Shown here in pieces: positions 50,262-63,655 of a stretch of DNA of 64,000 bases. The notes beneath the pieces were generated by a model. That model did not search any database, was not told the DNA's origin, and saw nothing but the letters and a program-made list of their open reading frames with translations. This DNA is from Epiperipatus broadwayi (taxonomy: Eukaryota; Animalia; Onychophora). Each line of letters begins with the position of its first letter. The stretch's first letter is position 1. The stretch spans positions 558,001 through 622,000 of the forward strand of contig JAQFVV010000006.1 in NCBI GenBank assembly GCA_028023455.1. The letters run 5' to 3'. The translations under genes were made by a program, and so were the position numbers.

Positions 50262-50934
50262 TCTCCAATTCTTGATTGACCGTGAATTGAGTTGTTTGAT
50301 ATTGGGTCAGGGATTTTCTCAAATGATAGTAATTGTTTAGTTTTATTTTATATAGTCAGAAATAGTTACTGATGCATAGACTGTGCTGTAAATACCTATC
50401 CAAATAGGTTTTTAAAATGATATTCTTCAAACAGTACAACAAACATTTACATTTTCTTCGTTAAACATAGACAAAATATAAATGACTTGCAAGGTGCATT
50501 TTAATTGAATAACTTTTCTCAATTATTCCAAGATCATCCAAACATTCCAATAGCAATTGTCAATGTTCTTTGTTTATCTACGGATTATTATACCAACTTG
50601 ATTTACAAATATTACCTTTAATTGTGCATGCTTATAGATTATTGTCTTTCAACAACTTTTCTATTAATCACTAATAAGCGTTTTGAAGGCCAAAATCACA
50701 TTTTTTTTCATTCAAATAACTGCTTTTTTATAATAAAGATAACTTAATGTAATAATCCATCTAAATAAAATTGAAACAAACAACCAATTATGTTTACAAT
50801 TATTTAAATATTAATCCAGCTTTCATCTCTTATTGAGACCTTTTTAAGATATAAAGTTTTATACATAACATGACCTATCAACTACATTTACTCCACCTAT
50901 TGGACATTATTCTACCTTCAACAATAGAATTAAC

Positions 50935-53900
50935 TTTTTTTTTTTTTGATTTTTTTTTTTTAAAGAATATAGACTTTATTTTATATAAAGTGTTACAAAT
51001 GAATTTCTCTAGACAACAAAAAAAATCTAGTATAAATTTACATTTTTACTAATAACTTCCTGAATTTCTTGTACTAAGAACCAGTCCATGTGGATAGATA
51101 GATTTCTTTGGGTGCAAGAAGCTTATCTTTTTTTCAAATAGAATTAAATGTATCTCTAATAAAAAGTTGTGAGTCCAATGGAGAATTGGTTATAACTATA
51201 TGACATCTAAGTAACCCTATTACGTGGTTAATAAATATGCATCTTCTGATATTGCAGAAATTACCCATTTTAATATTATGAATGATATCAAAGAGTTCTG
51301 GATTGTGATTATTGAATAATTTTGAATAATATATTTTGCTTCTCTTAGTCCCGAGCAAGAAACAAGAATATGATCAAATGTTTCACTATCTTTTTTACAC
51401 AAAATACATAAGGAATCAATCTTTTTAAATCCTCTATTTGAAACAAGGAAATCGTTGGTAGGAAGTGAAGATAGATTTATTTTAATGATAAAATCAATAT
51501 ATTTAGGCATTAAATACCATTTTCTCATTTTATTAAAAAGATTGATATTAGTCACTTCAAGATAACTAGGAGGGCATATCAGCTGAGGATTTATCATTTT
51601 AAACGTGTCCCAATATGTGTGCTTATTATTAAAAAGAATTTCATTTAAATCCATTTGTTTATCAATAAGTGAGATGAGAAGTTGTAGCCAATTTTTTTTA
51701 ATATTCGGGGGAGGCGTATCTGTGGGAATGATTGTGTCAATAATGTTTTGGTAATTGAATTCAATCTTGATGTAGTAGAATAAATTAACTATATTTTTAA
51801 TTAATAATGTATTAATTGAATGTAAACCTAGGCCATTAAGTATTTTTGGATTTTGCATTTTACGTATACTGATACAGACCACTTTTTTTTTTCCAAAGGA
51901 GGCCAGAGCACAATGAGTTAATTTGCGAAGTAAATTTTTTAGTAGGGTTTAAAATCGGTAAATAATAATTAATTCTGCTGAAAACAAGAGAATTTAGTAA
52001 GAGAACTTTATCATATAAAGATAAGTAAATGCTTTTTAGAGAATCTATTATTTTTTTTGTTGATATAATCAGTTTGTCTTGTAACATTTTTCTCATTTTG
52101 TTTGGTGAAAGGTACAGTGGTATACCTAAAAAAGGTTGAGGTTTTGATGAGAAACATGCAGGGTCATTTTCTCCTGAATGAAGTTTCCAAACTGCAGATT
52201 TCTCTAGATTAAAATTTAATTTGTATTCCTATGAAAACTTTTTAAGGATTTTTTCAAGTTCTGGTAGGTGTTTAGCTGATGGCAGCATTACAACAATATC
52301 CATGTATGCAAGATGTTTAATTTCTTTGTTTAGAAAAGGAACAAAAACTCCAGGAAGTTTTGTTTCCATTTCTATGAGAAGGGGATTAATATAAGCAATG
52401 AATAAAAGTGCACTCAAGAGTGAGCCCTGAGGAATAGAAATTGATGGTTTAAAGCCAGGTGCAATTCTACCATTGAGTGTAATGAAAATTTCTCTATTAA
52501 ATAGAAGATTCTCTATCATAATAAGATAGACAGAGGGAATTCCATATTGTTGTAGTGTTTTCATTAATATTTCCAATTCTTACTGAATCAAATGCTGCTA
52601 TAATATCTAGTTGTACAGCTATTGGCTTTGATTTTCTCTTAATTCTAATGTATTCTGTTAAAATTTTGAAAAGGCAAATTGTATGCATTGTGGATGAACC
52701 TTTCTTTGCATATTGAGTAGAAGAAATATTATCTAAAATGTTTTGTTGAATCTTGTCTTTAATCAGCCCTTCTATGATTTTAATAAGAAGAGGAGTCATA
52801 GAGATAGGTCTTATATTTGATGTAATAGAGGGAAGACCTTTCTTTTTTAAAAAAGGCACCAATCACATAGGGTAGAGGCCAGGTATGTCTTGACAACTTG
52901 AGGCTATGACGTCAATGACACCTTTTATAATTGGAACAGTAAAGTGAGCCAAATGTGATAGTACAAATTTTGGGAGGCCATGAGAGCCAGGATGTGTTTT
53001 TTCAGGAAGTGAATTTAATTTGTTTAAAATTAATTGCTCAGTTATTTCATGATCATTTTTTTGACTATTGTTGAATATGGTTCTAATTTGATTGCCGGAT
53101 GTTGTACGAAGTTTATTGAAGAAGAAATTCCTAATAATCATTAGCATTGAAGAACCAGTATAGTTGGCTCCATTGTCTAAAATGGATAAAGGTGTAATAA
53201 GTTTTGGTTTTGATCCTAATGCCCAACGAATATAACTTTTAGTCCGGGCATGTCTACTGGCTAGAAAAACTTTAGATCTCTTAATAGAAATATTTTCAGT
53301 TAGTGCCCTTTGTAATTCTGTATATTTAATTTTAATTTGAAGTATTTTATTAATATTAAGTGTCGTAGAGGGCATTGAATTCATTATGGCAGACAGAGAA
53401 ACCATTTCTTTTAGCATTTTACATGGTCCATTTTGTTTTCTACAAAAATAATTGGTTATGGCTCTTAGAATTTCAGTAAAAGTAAACCAGGCATCAATCG
53501 GTGGCCGAGATAGGATGTAGGCCTCAGAAAAGACAGCCTCGGGAGTTGTAAATTTATTAATTAGTCTTGATGTTCTTGGAAGACCATCAATAACATTAAT
53601 TGGTCCATTTATGCAAAGCAAAATTTTTAAAGCTAGGTGATCAGAGAAAAAAACATGTTTTAGAGATGTTTCAATCTTGAAATGTATGTCAGGAGAGTAA
53701 TAAATCAAATCTATAAGTGAAGAATACTGTTTTGTGTAGAAAGAATAAGCATTATTATTAAAGAAACCTTGAGCTGACATGAGACCATAATTAATTAAAT
53801 GTAAATATTTTCTGTCAAATGTGTGATAAGGAAGATTAAAATCGCCCAATAGAATAGTTGATGCTGAACTATGATAAAGAGCCAAGTTAATTATATTTAT

Positions 53901-54442
53901 TACTTTATAAATCGTATTACTATTATTTTGTAGATAGAGATATATTACATTTAGATTTGTCTGACCAAATACAAAATTAACTATTATAACATTTGAATCT
54001 AAATGGATAATATTAAAGGTTGTAAATTTAGAGATGCGATTTACTATGAATGCAATTCCTCCTGATGGAGAATTTGCTATGGAGAATTTAAATAGACCTA
54101 GTGAAGATAAAATTTCTGATATTTTGCAGTTGCTGTTTATATGTAATTTAGTTTCTGCAAAGAAAATAATATCTGGTGTTCCTTTTAAGAAAAAATCTTT
54201 TATAGCATAGACACGTTGTAAAGAGTTTAATCCTCTTACATTTATACCTATTATTTTAATTTTCATTGAGTATTGATAAAAACTAGAATTTTAAAATATA
54301 AATTAAATTTGATTAGGCATCAATGGAAAAAATGAAAGAATCATTCCAATACATCAAATCCAATTAAGGGTGAGAATTGGAAATCACTCTCCTTGTCTTC
54401 TACCACTTCAGGTGTTAATAAATTAAGATGTGACCCTGAATT
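50935..54442 (-). mobile_element. 5'-truncated L1/Tx1-type retrotransposon with a frameshifted ORF2 (APE, RT, C-terminal knuckle), poly(A) and a 15-bp TSD
   Basis: INVRGL, AETKL, GDFN, IDLIY, SDH; RPISM, QLDIIAAFDSV, IPQGSLLSALLF; CILCKKDSETFDHILVSC. T-run at 50935-50961. TSD AACAATAGAATTAAC at 50920-50934 and 54443-54457. Confidence 0.93.
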
Positions 54443-54534
54443 AACAATAGAATTAACATTATACATATAAACATAAATAAAAGACAAAATAAAAATACGT
54501 AAAAAAAAAAAAAATTTAAACTATATAATAAATA

Positions 54535-55200
54535 AATATTCTATTCCCTCCCCCTTTTATAAACTTATTCACAATTCTATCATACTTTTTAAATCTTCCA
54601 ATTATCTAATAATATCCATTTTTCACCTAATTTTGCTGAACCTGTAACTGTATTTACATATCTATCCAAATTGTTCTGAATGTACAAAGTTTCATAATAT
54701 CCTTTTTCGATAATCTTTCACATGTTTTATAACTCTAATATTCTTCTCGTACTCCATTTTATGACCAGTATCTAAATAATTTATATATGGTCCTGACCTA
54801 ATATCTCTCCTACTAATTATTCTATCATGTTCTTTTTCTCTATTATTTCCATATTAAATTTTATAAACCATTCCTCTCTTACTATTAATACAATTTATTA
54901 CATGCTATTCTTACATTATCTGGTACTTTCTCTCTTACTAACTTCTTATACACTTCCTTGAATATGGAATAGACATCCACTTATAATTTTTATATCCATT
55001 CTTATCATACTTATTTCTACTATTTATATTTTGGTTTTTAAAAATATTTTTAATTATCTTTCTTTTAAAACAGGCAAAACTTTCCATACCTTTCTTTTAT
55101 ATTCTATTTTAACATAATCATTCTCTACTTCTAATTTTTGTTCATATGCCTTTTTCTTATCTAATGTAAGTTTATCATTTTTTTAACTTAAATCCCTTTA
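54535..55200 (-). mobile_element. Decayed LINE fragment related to the 39755-41713 family
   Basis: Pyrimidine-rich plus strand that reads as a decayed post-RT coding region on the minus strand. Confidence 0.45.
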
Positions 55201-55649
55201 AAACCCCTACTTTTTGACAACATGGCATTTGTTTATCGCTGATGCACTGTAGAGCTCTTTTTTTATAATATATGTATTACCCATTGAAGTGAAAACATGC
55301 TCAGCGTGAATAAAGCCAATTTTTAAAATAATACATGGATCTTATCTTTATAAATGTCTGAATGTTTATATGTTTAAAATTAAAACTATAAAAATAAATT
55401 TTAAATGAGAAATCTTCTGCAAATATAAGAATTTCCACGTGATAGTTACAGTAGTCATTAGATTATGAATTTCACGAATTTTTTAAATATTATTTTATAA
55501 AATAAGTGAATTTTTTTTTTTTTCTCATTAATTTTTCTAATAGTCATCATCAAAATATATTGGTGAATGTAATAGTAAGATTTATTAGATAGTTTATTAA
55601 TGTTTTAAAACTTCAACTGTTGTACATAATAACAATCTTTATTATTTAG

Positions 55650-55755
55650 AGCTCCAGAAAAGGAAGCTTCTTGATCCTGCTGGTTTGACTATTGGAACCA
55701 TGATAGCAACATCTAAAAAAAATAAACGTGATGTGATGGATGATGCTTATAATAG
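55650..55755 (+). CDS. FTSJ3: FTSJ3 exon 12 in window (start of the Spb1 C-terminal domain)
   Basis: tttag/gtaagt, phase 1-2. LQKRKLLDPAGLTIGTMIATSKKNKRDVMDDAYNR. Confidence 0.95.
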
Positions 55756-55939
55756 GTAAGTACACTGCCATCTCTGGTCTTTTAAATGAAATTGGGCATA
55801 AAAATTGTTTTAGTATATTTAAACATAACAACGATGTTATTTTGCACTATATATTTTTAATTGGTTATCTCATTATGCTATTAGTATTTACATGTTTTTA
55901 CATATATCCGAACATTGAAGAGCAATACAAAATTTCAGG

Positions 55940-56292
55940 TCTCACAATGAAATATCGAAAGATATATATATGTTGGGAGTAACAAGAAGGGGTTGAATGG
56001 AAAATACATGAAGCGAACAAATGGGCATTATTGAATAAAACAAAAGACTTCAATAGAAATAAGCTGGATATATTTCTAAGAAATATGATAAGGGATGGAA
56101 AGTTGAAGTCTTAAATTGGGTCCCAAGAGGTTGTAAAAGACTTAGAGGAAGCACATTTGAGATGGATTGATGAGATAATGAAGTTTTCTGGAGTGATTTG
56201 GAAAAATAATTCTATGGATCAGAGAACTGGATTAATTTTTTCAAGGTATCCTGCGGTGTTTGATAACAGTTGAAACCAATGATGATAAGATG
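55940..56292 (+). mobile_element. Decayed RTE 3' fragment
   Basis: Colinear with 59460-59793 (atgttgggagtaacaagaag..., (GAT)n-like tail). Confidence 0.75.
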
Positions 56293-56936
56293 AATTGATT
56301 AATTCAAATACATAAAGTTAAGAACAACAACAAAAATTAAAGTACTTTTATTTTGATTAAAGTGTAAATTTTAACTTTTTAATTAATTGATTGCAATGGG
56401 CATCATATTGAATGCTTTTGCATTTACTTGAAGATATAAATTTTTTATAACTCCACTTCACATGATGCACAGATAAAATATTATATCGCTCCATAAAGTT
56501 AAAATACTGTGAAAAGTAATAAAGCTAAAAAAAATATAGCCATTAACATAAAATAAAGAATTTAAATAATTTTACAATTATTAATCTTTATTCATAAAAT
56601 GCAAATGTTCATATATAAGTTTTGAAATAAACATTTTTATTATATTCATCATAAAATTGTAATTAAAATAATATGTAAAAACTTCTCTGTTGTGGTTCAC
56701 ATTGCAGTCATTCAAAAAATGAAATAATGCCTCAATATTTCATTTTTTTGTGCATGATTCATGAAGTACTGGAAAAAATATAAGGAATATCATTTCTTTA
56801 TTAACAAGCCCAATCAAACTAATACTCCGTGCAATAATTTGTTCTCGAATGTTTCTTAAAAGTAACGTGATAAATTACAAAATTAAAATGCAAATACCTA
56901 TCATTAACTGCATTTATGAGCAAACTTGTTTGCTTA

Positions 56937-57036
56937 GTCAAGTTTGGTGGCCTAGTGGTTAGCATAGCTGCCTTCCAAGCAGCTGGCCCGGGTTTGCTTC
57001 CCTGTCAACGCATTTGACATATGAAAAGAAAAAAAA
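56937..57036 (+). pseudogene. tRNA-Gly(TCC) retropseudogene/short SINE with an A-tail and TSD
   Basis: 56941-57012 closely follows the metazoan Gly-TCC sequence (TAGTGGTTAGCATAGCTGCCTTCCAAGCAG). The T-loop is mutated (GGTTTGCTTCC) and the acceptor stem is broken. 15-bp TSD with 1 mismatch at 56922-36 and 57037-51. Confidence 0.85.
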
Positions 57037-58945
57037 AAACATGTTTGCTTATATATATATATGTAATGGCGGTTATTTTCAAAAACTACTGATTGAATTT
57101 TTATGTTTATTTTCTGAAAGTAATTATAACGTAATAATTTTTATCTTCTGGAAAATAATTCATAGCCTGGATACATTTTCATATCTTAATTACGGATCAA
57201 TTACTCTTAATAATGAAAAATGAAGAGAATTTAATAAATAAAATTTAGAAGGTTTATACAATAGTAAATGTAATATATGAAAAAGTTTCTTTTGACACAT
57301 TTACTGTTCCCCTCAGGACGACATACATTATTGAGAATATTTACAGAGTGATATAATATAATCTAGATTTTTTTTTTAATAAAAAAAAAATCATTTTTCT
57401 CTTTCTGTCTCTTCTCACCTGACATATACAGTATTGAAATATATACAACATAATTATCATTAGTTCATATTTATAATTTATCTAGCATTAATACACATTT
57501 ATATTTTTTACAAATACTTGTATAGTTTCACTATTACTTATTTTAAATTCGTGGCTAAGAAATCTTCTAAAAATTATGTACTTTTGAAAAAAAAGAATGG
57601 AAAACTACCAAAAAATATATATGCCACTGGAAAGCTAGATAAAAAATATCCAAGATAGCTTACCACGTGCATGTGTAGTTTATACCATTTTCCAGATAGT
57701 TTAAATAAAAAATGAAGAAACTTATTATTTTAAATCGGACTGTAAAATACAATTGTAGCGATCAATTTATTAAAAGAAGGGAGAGCGAAATCCAAGTTTA
57801 ATGAAGGAATCTGGAAGTTTTGTCTGTAATAATAGATTTTTATTCTATAACTCCTCTGATCTGTTTGCTTTCATCAGAAACAACATGAATATCAGAAAAA
57901 ATGTCTTCCTTTTTTAATGCATCTATGATTCTTATAAAAGATCTCATTATGTTATTGTTGTGTAAATTCTTTTCACAATGTTTCATGCATTCCATGCAAG
58001 TTTAAACTTTGATTTGAAAGTATAAAACAATGACCAGAGAATTTGTATTTTCCATTTGTAAAATAAATTTGGAGTTGCGGAATATATATTTGTTTTTCAC
58101 GCTTTTCTGCATTGGCTAATTCAATGTCAAATTTAGATTATTGTTTTCTTTTTCATTTCCAAGTTGAGCATTAAATTATTTATTACATATTTATAATGTA
58201 AATATTCACCATCGTACATCAGAGTTACTTTTTTACTAGACCATTATAGAACAATTTGGATGTAATTCAATCATCATATATGTATAATCGAACATACAGA
58301 TATATGATAAGTGAAATGAGATCGGTAGTAAACTATCATACATTATGTTTTTTTTTTTGTTTGCAGGAGAAACATGTTGCAATATAGAATACATATACGT
58401 TTACTTACCTAATATATAACCGGAAAAATTTTTGAGTGTTAGCCATATATTCATGCAATGCTTCTTCTTATCAAACTTTAATATTTATAGATAAAAAATG
58501 ATTCCATTCTCACAATTCTGAATGTAACATATTTATCATTACTGTAAAATTTTATCATTGTATTATATATCGTAACAGAATCGCCCACAAATATATGCTC
58601 TTCTAGGGGAAGATAATTACCTGTAAGTGACTGTATATGGTGGGGTGACTATACAAAATTTTTTATCATCATCTTCTCCATATTTATAATATTCTGAGAT
58701 AAATGTCAGAATAAAATAATTGAGTGTCAAATGAAAAACTTAAAAGAAAATATCCTTAATTATAATAAGAACTTTATTTAATACAACAATCTGTATATAT
58801 AAAATTCATGTGAATGTTTGTCCGTAAGGCTGTCACATGTCAAATTGTGAATGTTTATTTGTGATGCTATCAAATTCACAATTGAAAAATCAAAAAAAAA
58901 AAAATCTTTAAATTGGTTTTTATAAATAAATAACTATACCTAACT

Positions 58946-59793
58946 CCAGAACTTTTTACAGCAGTGCTGCAAGAAGTATTTTGTGGATTAAAATGGGAAG
59001 CTAAAGGAGTGAAAGTAAATGGAGATTATTTAAGTCATTTAGATTTCGCAGATGGTGTAGTTGTTTTTGCAAATAATGCTTCAGATCTGCAGGAATTATC
59101 AGATGAAAGTAGGACTAAAGATAAATGTTAAAAAGACTAAAGTAATGTTTAATAGATTTTTTCAAATATGAAAATAAAGATTGATTATGATGAGTTAGAA
59201 GAAGTTAACAGTTACAAATACCTTGGTCAGATTATTAATACAGATGGAAACATAATGGATGAAATTAATCATAGAATTAAACTTGGTTGGAGTGCTTTTG
59301 GTAGAAATAACTTGATACTAAAAGGAAATATGCCTATGTGTTTGAAAAGGAAGGTTTTTAACAAATGTGTTATTACCAGTTCTTACTTATGGATCTGAGA
59401 CTTGGACCCTTAATAGAAGAGCAATACAGAGACTTCAGACCACTCAAAGAAGTATGGAGAGATGCATGTTGGGAGTAACAAGAAGAGATCGAAAATGCAA
59501 AGTATGGGTAAGAGAACAAAGAGGTGTTAATGACGTCATTGAAAAAATTAAAAGACTGAAGTGGAGATGGGCTGGACATATTGTTAGAAGAGATGATAAT
59601 AGATGGACAATTGAAATTTTAAACTGGATTCCAAGAAATTGTAAAAGACCCAGACAGAGACCACATGTGAGATGGATGGATGGATGAAATAAGAGGGTGT
59701 GCAGGAGTGATGTGGAGAAGAGAAGCTAAAGATAGGAAAAGATGGATTGAACTTGGAGAGACATTCATCCTGCAATGGATTGGTAATGGTTGA
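58946..59793 (+). mobile_element. 5'-truncated RTE LINE (RT C-terminal half to the 3' tail)
   Basis: SPELFTAVL..., DFADG, YKYLGQ, RIKLGWSAFG, YGSETW, KWRWAGHIVR; ends gatgacgatga. Confidence 0.92.
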
Positions 59794-62614
59794 TGACGAT
59801 GAACTAAATAATTTATATTACAAGTATTTTATGCAAAGGAAGAAATTCCACCCTTTATATTTAATAATCCATAATTTTTACTAGAAAGCATATTTTATGT
59901 GAAGGAAATAATTCCCCTATTAGTAAACCGTAATTTTTATAGTTGACCATGATGCTGTTAAATTCATATATCAAATATAACAGACTTATTTAAAATTAAT
60001 TTATCTTTATTATTTTACCTTTATTAAGACTTTGCCGGGTATATTTCTAAAAGGCCAGGTTGTCCCAAACATTTTTTTTTTTTAAATTGTGAATTTCTCA
60101 TATTTATTTCTATAATATTAAAATCTCTTGTTTAATTTACATCAAACATTTAAAAAAAATAGTTAAAGCAACCAATTTAAAAAACCACGGCCTTTACATA
60201 AACAGAGTATAGTCTGGTAGAATATAAACATTATAACTTTTATATATTTGCATAATCAATACATTAAAATATGAAATATACATGACAGAAAATATTTTAA
60301 TGCTTTTATTCTATTATATCTCTGAATTTAACTATATAACCAAGAGTGAAAAAATGGACATTTTGAAAAGCAAAATCTCTTTTGATATTATAATTCAAAT
60401 TATTATTCATTCAATAAAACCATTCTAAAATTTCTAACCAAATTTATCTTATTTTTGTTTTTTATTGAGCTCAATACTTTTTAGACAGTAATAGCAATTC
60501 AATATTTCTGGCCATAACAATCATATTCTCTTCTCATAGTTTCACATCTAAGTCTATGCATTTTTGAACTTAAGGAATTTTTTCCTGGAGCTAATAATTT
60601 CTTTTGTTTTTGTAGTTATGCTTTATAGTTAAGTAATACTTTCTCAGGGTTGGCCCCTTAAAAAATTCAAAAAAACAGCAAAAGGCGGGTTCTACAACTC
60701 TTACTCCCCAACATTCTTTTTTTGTTTTTTTGGACCTCCCACCCTTCCTTCTTTCCTTTTTTTCTTTTCTCATGTAGCATATTACATAATTTAAAACTAA
60801 TTTAATAATATGGTGAAATTAAAAATAAAAAGCTTTATAGTTAAGGAAATTAGAAATATCTAAAATATGTAAATACTTCTTTTCCTTGATGATGTTTTGT
60901 AATTTTTTAATTGATTTCTAAGTTTATTTATTCAGTTATCCAGTTTTGTTTCAGGTTTTGCAAATATGATCTAGTATTGGTAGTTATACTTAGTCATTAT
61001 TCAGTATTATTAGGGCATTATTATAGCACCATCAAGAAAGCTCCTCTAGAAAGATGAAGTTGCACTCGGAACTATATATTTTTTACCCCGTCATTATAAA
61101 TATATAAGAATCCAATGATTTTTATAGCTCTAATTTTATAAGCAGCATGAAGAAGACAAAACTTATCTCATCCAATTTTCTTTCTTTTTTTGTCTTGCAA
61201 TCATCCAAATACCACGGCAACCATTGGAATGTCTAAATTAAGCATTTGTTCTATTGGGTTTTTTATATTGGTACTTAATATTGCTCGCAACATTTTTTTT
61301 TTTTGCTTTAGCAAATTTCTTATATCTACTTTTGTTAGAATCGTCTTGACAATGCTTATGAGCTCTAGGTGGTAGGACCTTAGTAATAATCATGAACTGT
61401 CTTAGCTTAGCCAATTGTAACTTGCTGCACATCTAGACATTTTTCTAGATTGCATTATATATTTGTTCAGTCTTATATTAATGTGCTCCAATTACGTAAA
61501 ATTGACATCATTAGTGAAAGTAAGTTCGTAGTTACAGAATCTCTTAATAATGATGCCATTTAACAGTTTTTGTTATAATGATACTGTGTTGAAATTAGGC
61601 GCAAGTGAACTTTTCTGTAAGTGCTGTTATGTTTCAATACAAGAATTGTATCTATTGCCCTTTTTTTTTTGGAGGGGGTAAAGTTTGAGAAATCACTAAA
61701 AATACATTTGATTTTGTATTAACTAATATCTGATTTATATATATTGTAGCTACCAAAATTGAGTTCAGTTTCAGAATATGATGTAAGATCAGGCATATAA
61801 TTAGGAAAAAAATGTTTTTTTTTTCCTAAATAGTTTTTAAAAAGTCATACATTAATTTAGAGAATGTTAAAGTGGTTGTTATGATAACAAAATGCTGGAG
61901 GAAGAAACGTATTATTATTATAATGTAAGTTAATAAATTAATTTTCTTCTTTTAAAACACATATAAATAATAAAACGGTAATGTTAAAATAATAAAATTA
62001 ATAACTTGAATAAAATTCATTATTTCATTTATTTTTATTTTTTTTTACTTATTGTGATCATAACTAATATCCCATAGACACTACAAATAAATGTTTAATA
62101 TTCTAAACATATATATTTCTACATATGGATTATATATTTCCAACACTATTTTATAAAAATGTAGTTTAAATTATTTTAATATACAGTACTGCCTTTTTAT
62201 AATGCAGTTTAATTTTTTGTCAATTATTTTTATTAATGGGTATAATTTTTAAATTAAATTTTATCATAGTTTATATACATGTTTAAAATGTATTATTCAG
62301 GATTTAGAGTTATACCTGATTTCAAGTATTCACATGAAGAATTGAAGCCATGTTGCCAGTGATAGATAATACAAAATACATAAATATTTTCATAGGAATA
62401 ATGGTGGAAAATTATTTAAACTCTCTCTGGCTGACAATTAGTAAGCCTGGCTGGTGAGTACTGATTTCCCCTTGGCTGTTTCCCAGATCAAGAATAGTTG
62501 GAGAGGACTTAGCAATAGGCTTTTTATCATCTATTTCCCTACATTCATCTATTATTGTACTTTATCACTCAAATTAATTTGCATTTGATTTTAAGACAAG
62601 TAATTAAAATAGGA

Positions 62615-62658
62615 GCAGCTCTGAGGAAGACTGCAGGACAGTCGAAACATAAGATTTG
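62615..62658 (+). ncRNA. Hammerhead-like motif (family F) with a perfect core and stem II but a damaged cleavage triplet
   Basis: GCAGCT-CTGAGGA-A-GACTG cagga CAGTC-GAAAC-AT-AAGATTT; appears to lack GT of an ACATGT palindrome. Confidence 0.6.
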
Positions 62659-62837
62659 GTATATATGTAAAATAAAATAAAAATATTGCTAAAAAGTGTG
62701 CAACGTAAAGTGAACAAATTCTATTTATAGAAATAATGTAATTGAATAATGTTTGCTTATTTAAGTTAATCAAGTCATTACATTAACTTTATTCATTTAA
62801 TAAGATAGCAATTAATGTTGTGAAATGTTTTAACAAG

Positions 62838-62922
62838 GTATACAAATAATGATGAAAACCTTCCTGACTGGTTTGCCACAGATGAAAAGAAGCATTACAA
62901 AAAAAATCTGCCTATTACGAAG
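62838..62922 (+). CDS. FTSJ3: FTSJ3 exon 13 in window; the gene continues beyond the window
   Basis: aacaag/gtaagg, phase 2-0. YTNNDENLPDWFATDEKKHYKKNLPITK contains the LPxWF motif. Confidence 0.95.
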
Positions 62923-63655
62923 GTAAGGTCAATATTTAACAATAAATATTTATACACACACTTATATAAATGATATACTTTACAGATATATATTTATAAT
63001 TCTTTAACCCATAAAAATTTTTGTATCAACATATACATATTATTCACTCTGCATATTTAGGCAGCAAGTAATTTTCTTTTAAGAAAACATTTATTTAATT
63101 TACAGTAGTCTCTTTTCTATAAACATTTAACTGATCGTTAATTAAAAAAATAATCGAGTGGTTTATAGCTCAAGAGTTCATAAGAAGTTGAAACTACTGG
63201 GAATGACAGCTGCAGAGGTCCAAGGACCTCGAAGTTTAGAATCCATTAATGTATGCAGAGCTAATGGTTATTAATCGTTCTTCATTAAATTAGATTGTAT
63301 TTCACTGATATAGACTTAATATTTTTTATACAGGTATACGATTCTTTTAAAACATCATTTGACCACCTTTTGCATCGAGTGTCACTTTTGTGTGGAAAAT
63401 AGTTACTATTATTATATATCTGATCATCTGTTTTAAACCATTTTCCTCTTTCTTTTCGTGAGCATGGTCTTATATTTTGTGTGAAAAAATATGTTTAACT
63501 TCTGATTACAATTATAATTTGAACATATGGTTGTATGCATTAGCATGTTCCCGTCTCCCGAAGAGTTTACCATTTCATATTTTAAAGTGTATTAATTAGA
63601 TTGGTCATAATGGTCTGGAAACAATATGCACAATGACCCAGTGGAAATGTTTCTG

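Noticed and set aside
56941-57012. Functional tRNA-Gly gene
   Set aside because: C56 and A58 equivalents are mutated, the acceptor stem is disrupted, and the A-tail and TSD indicate a retrocopy.
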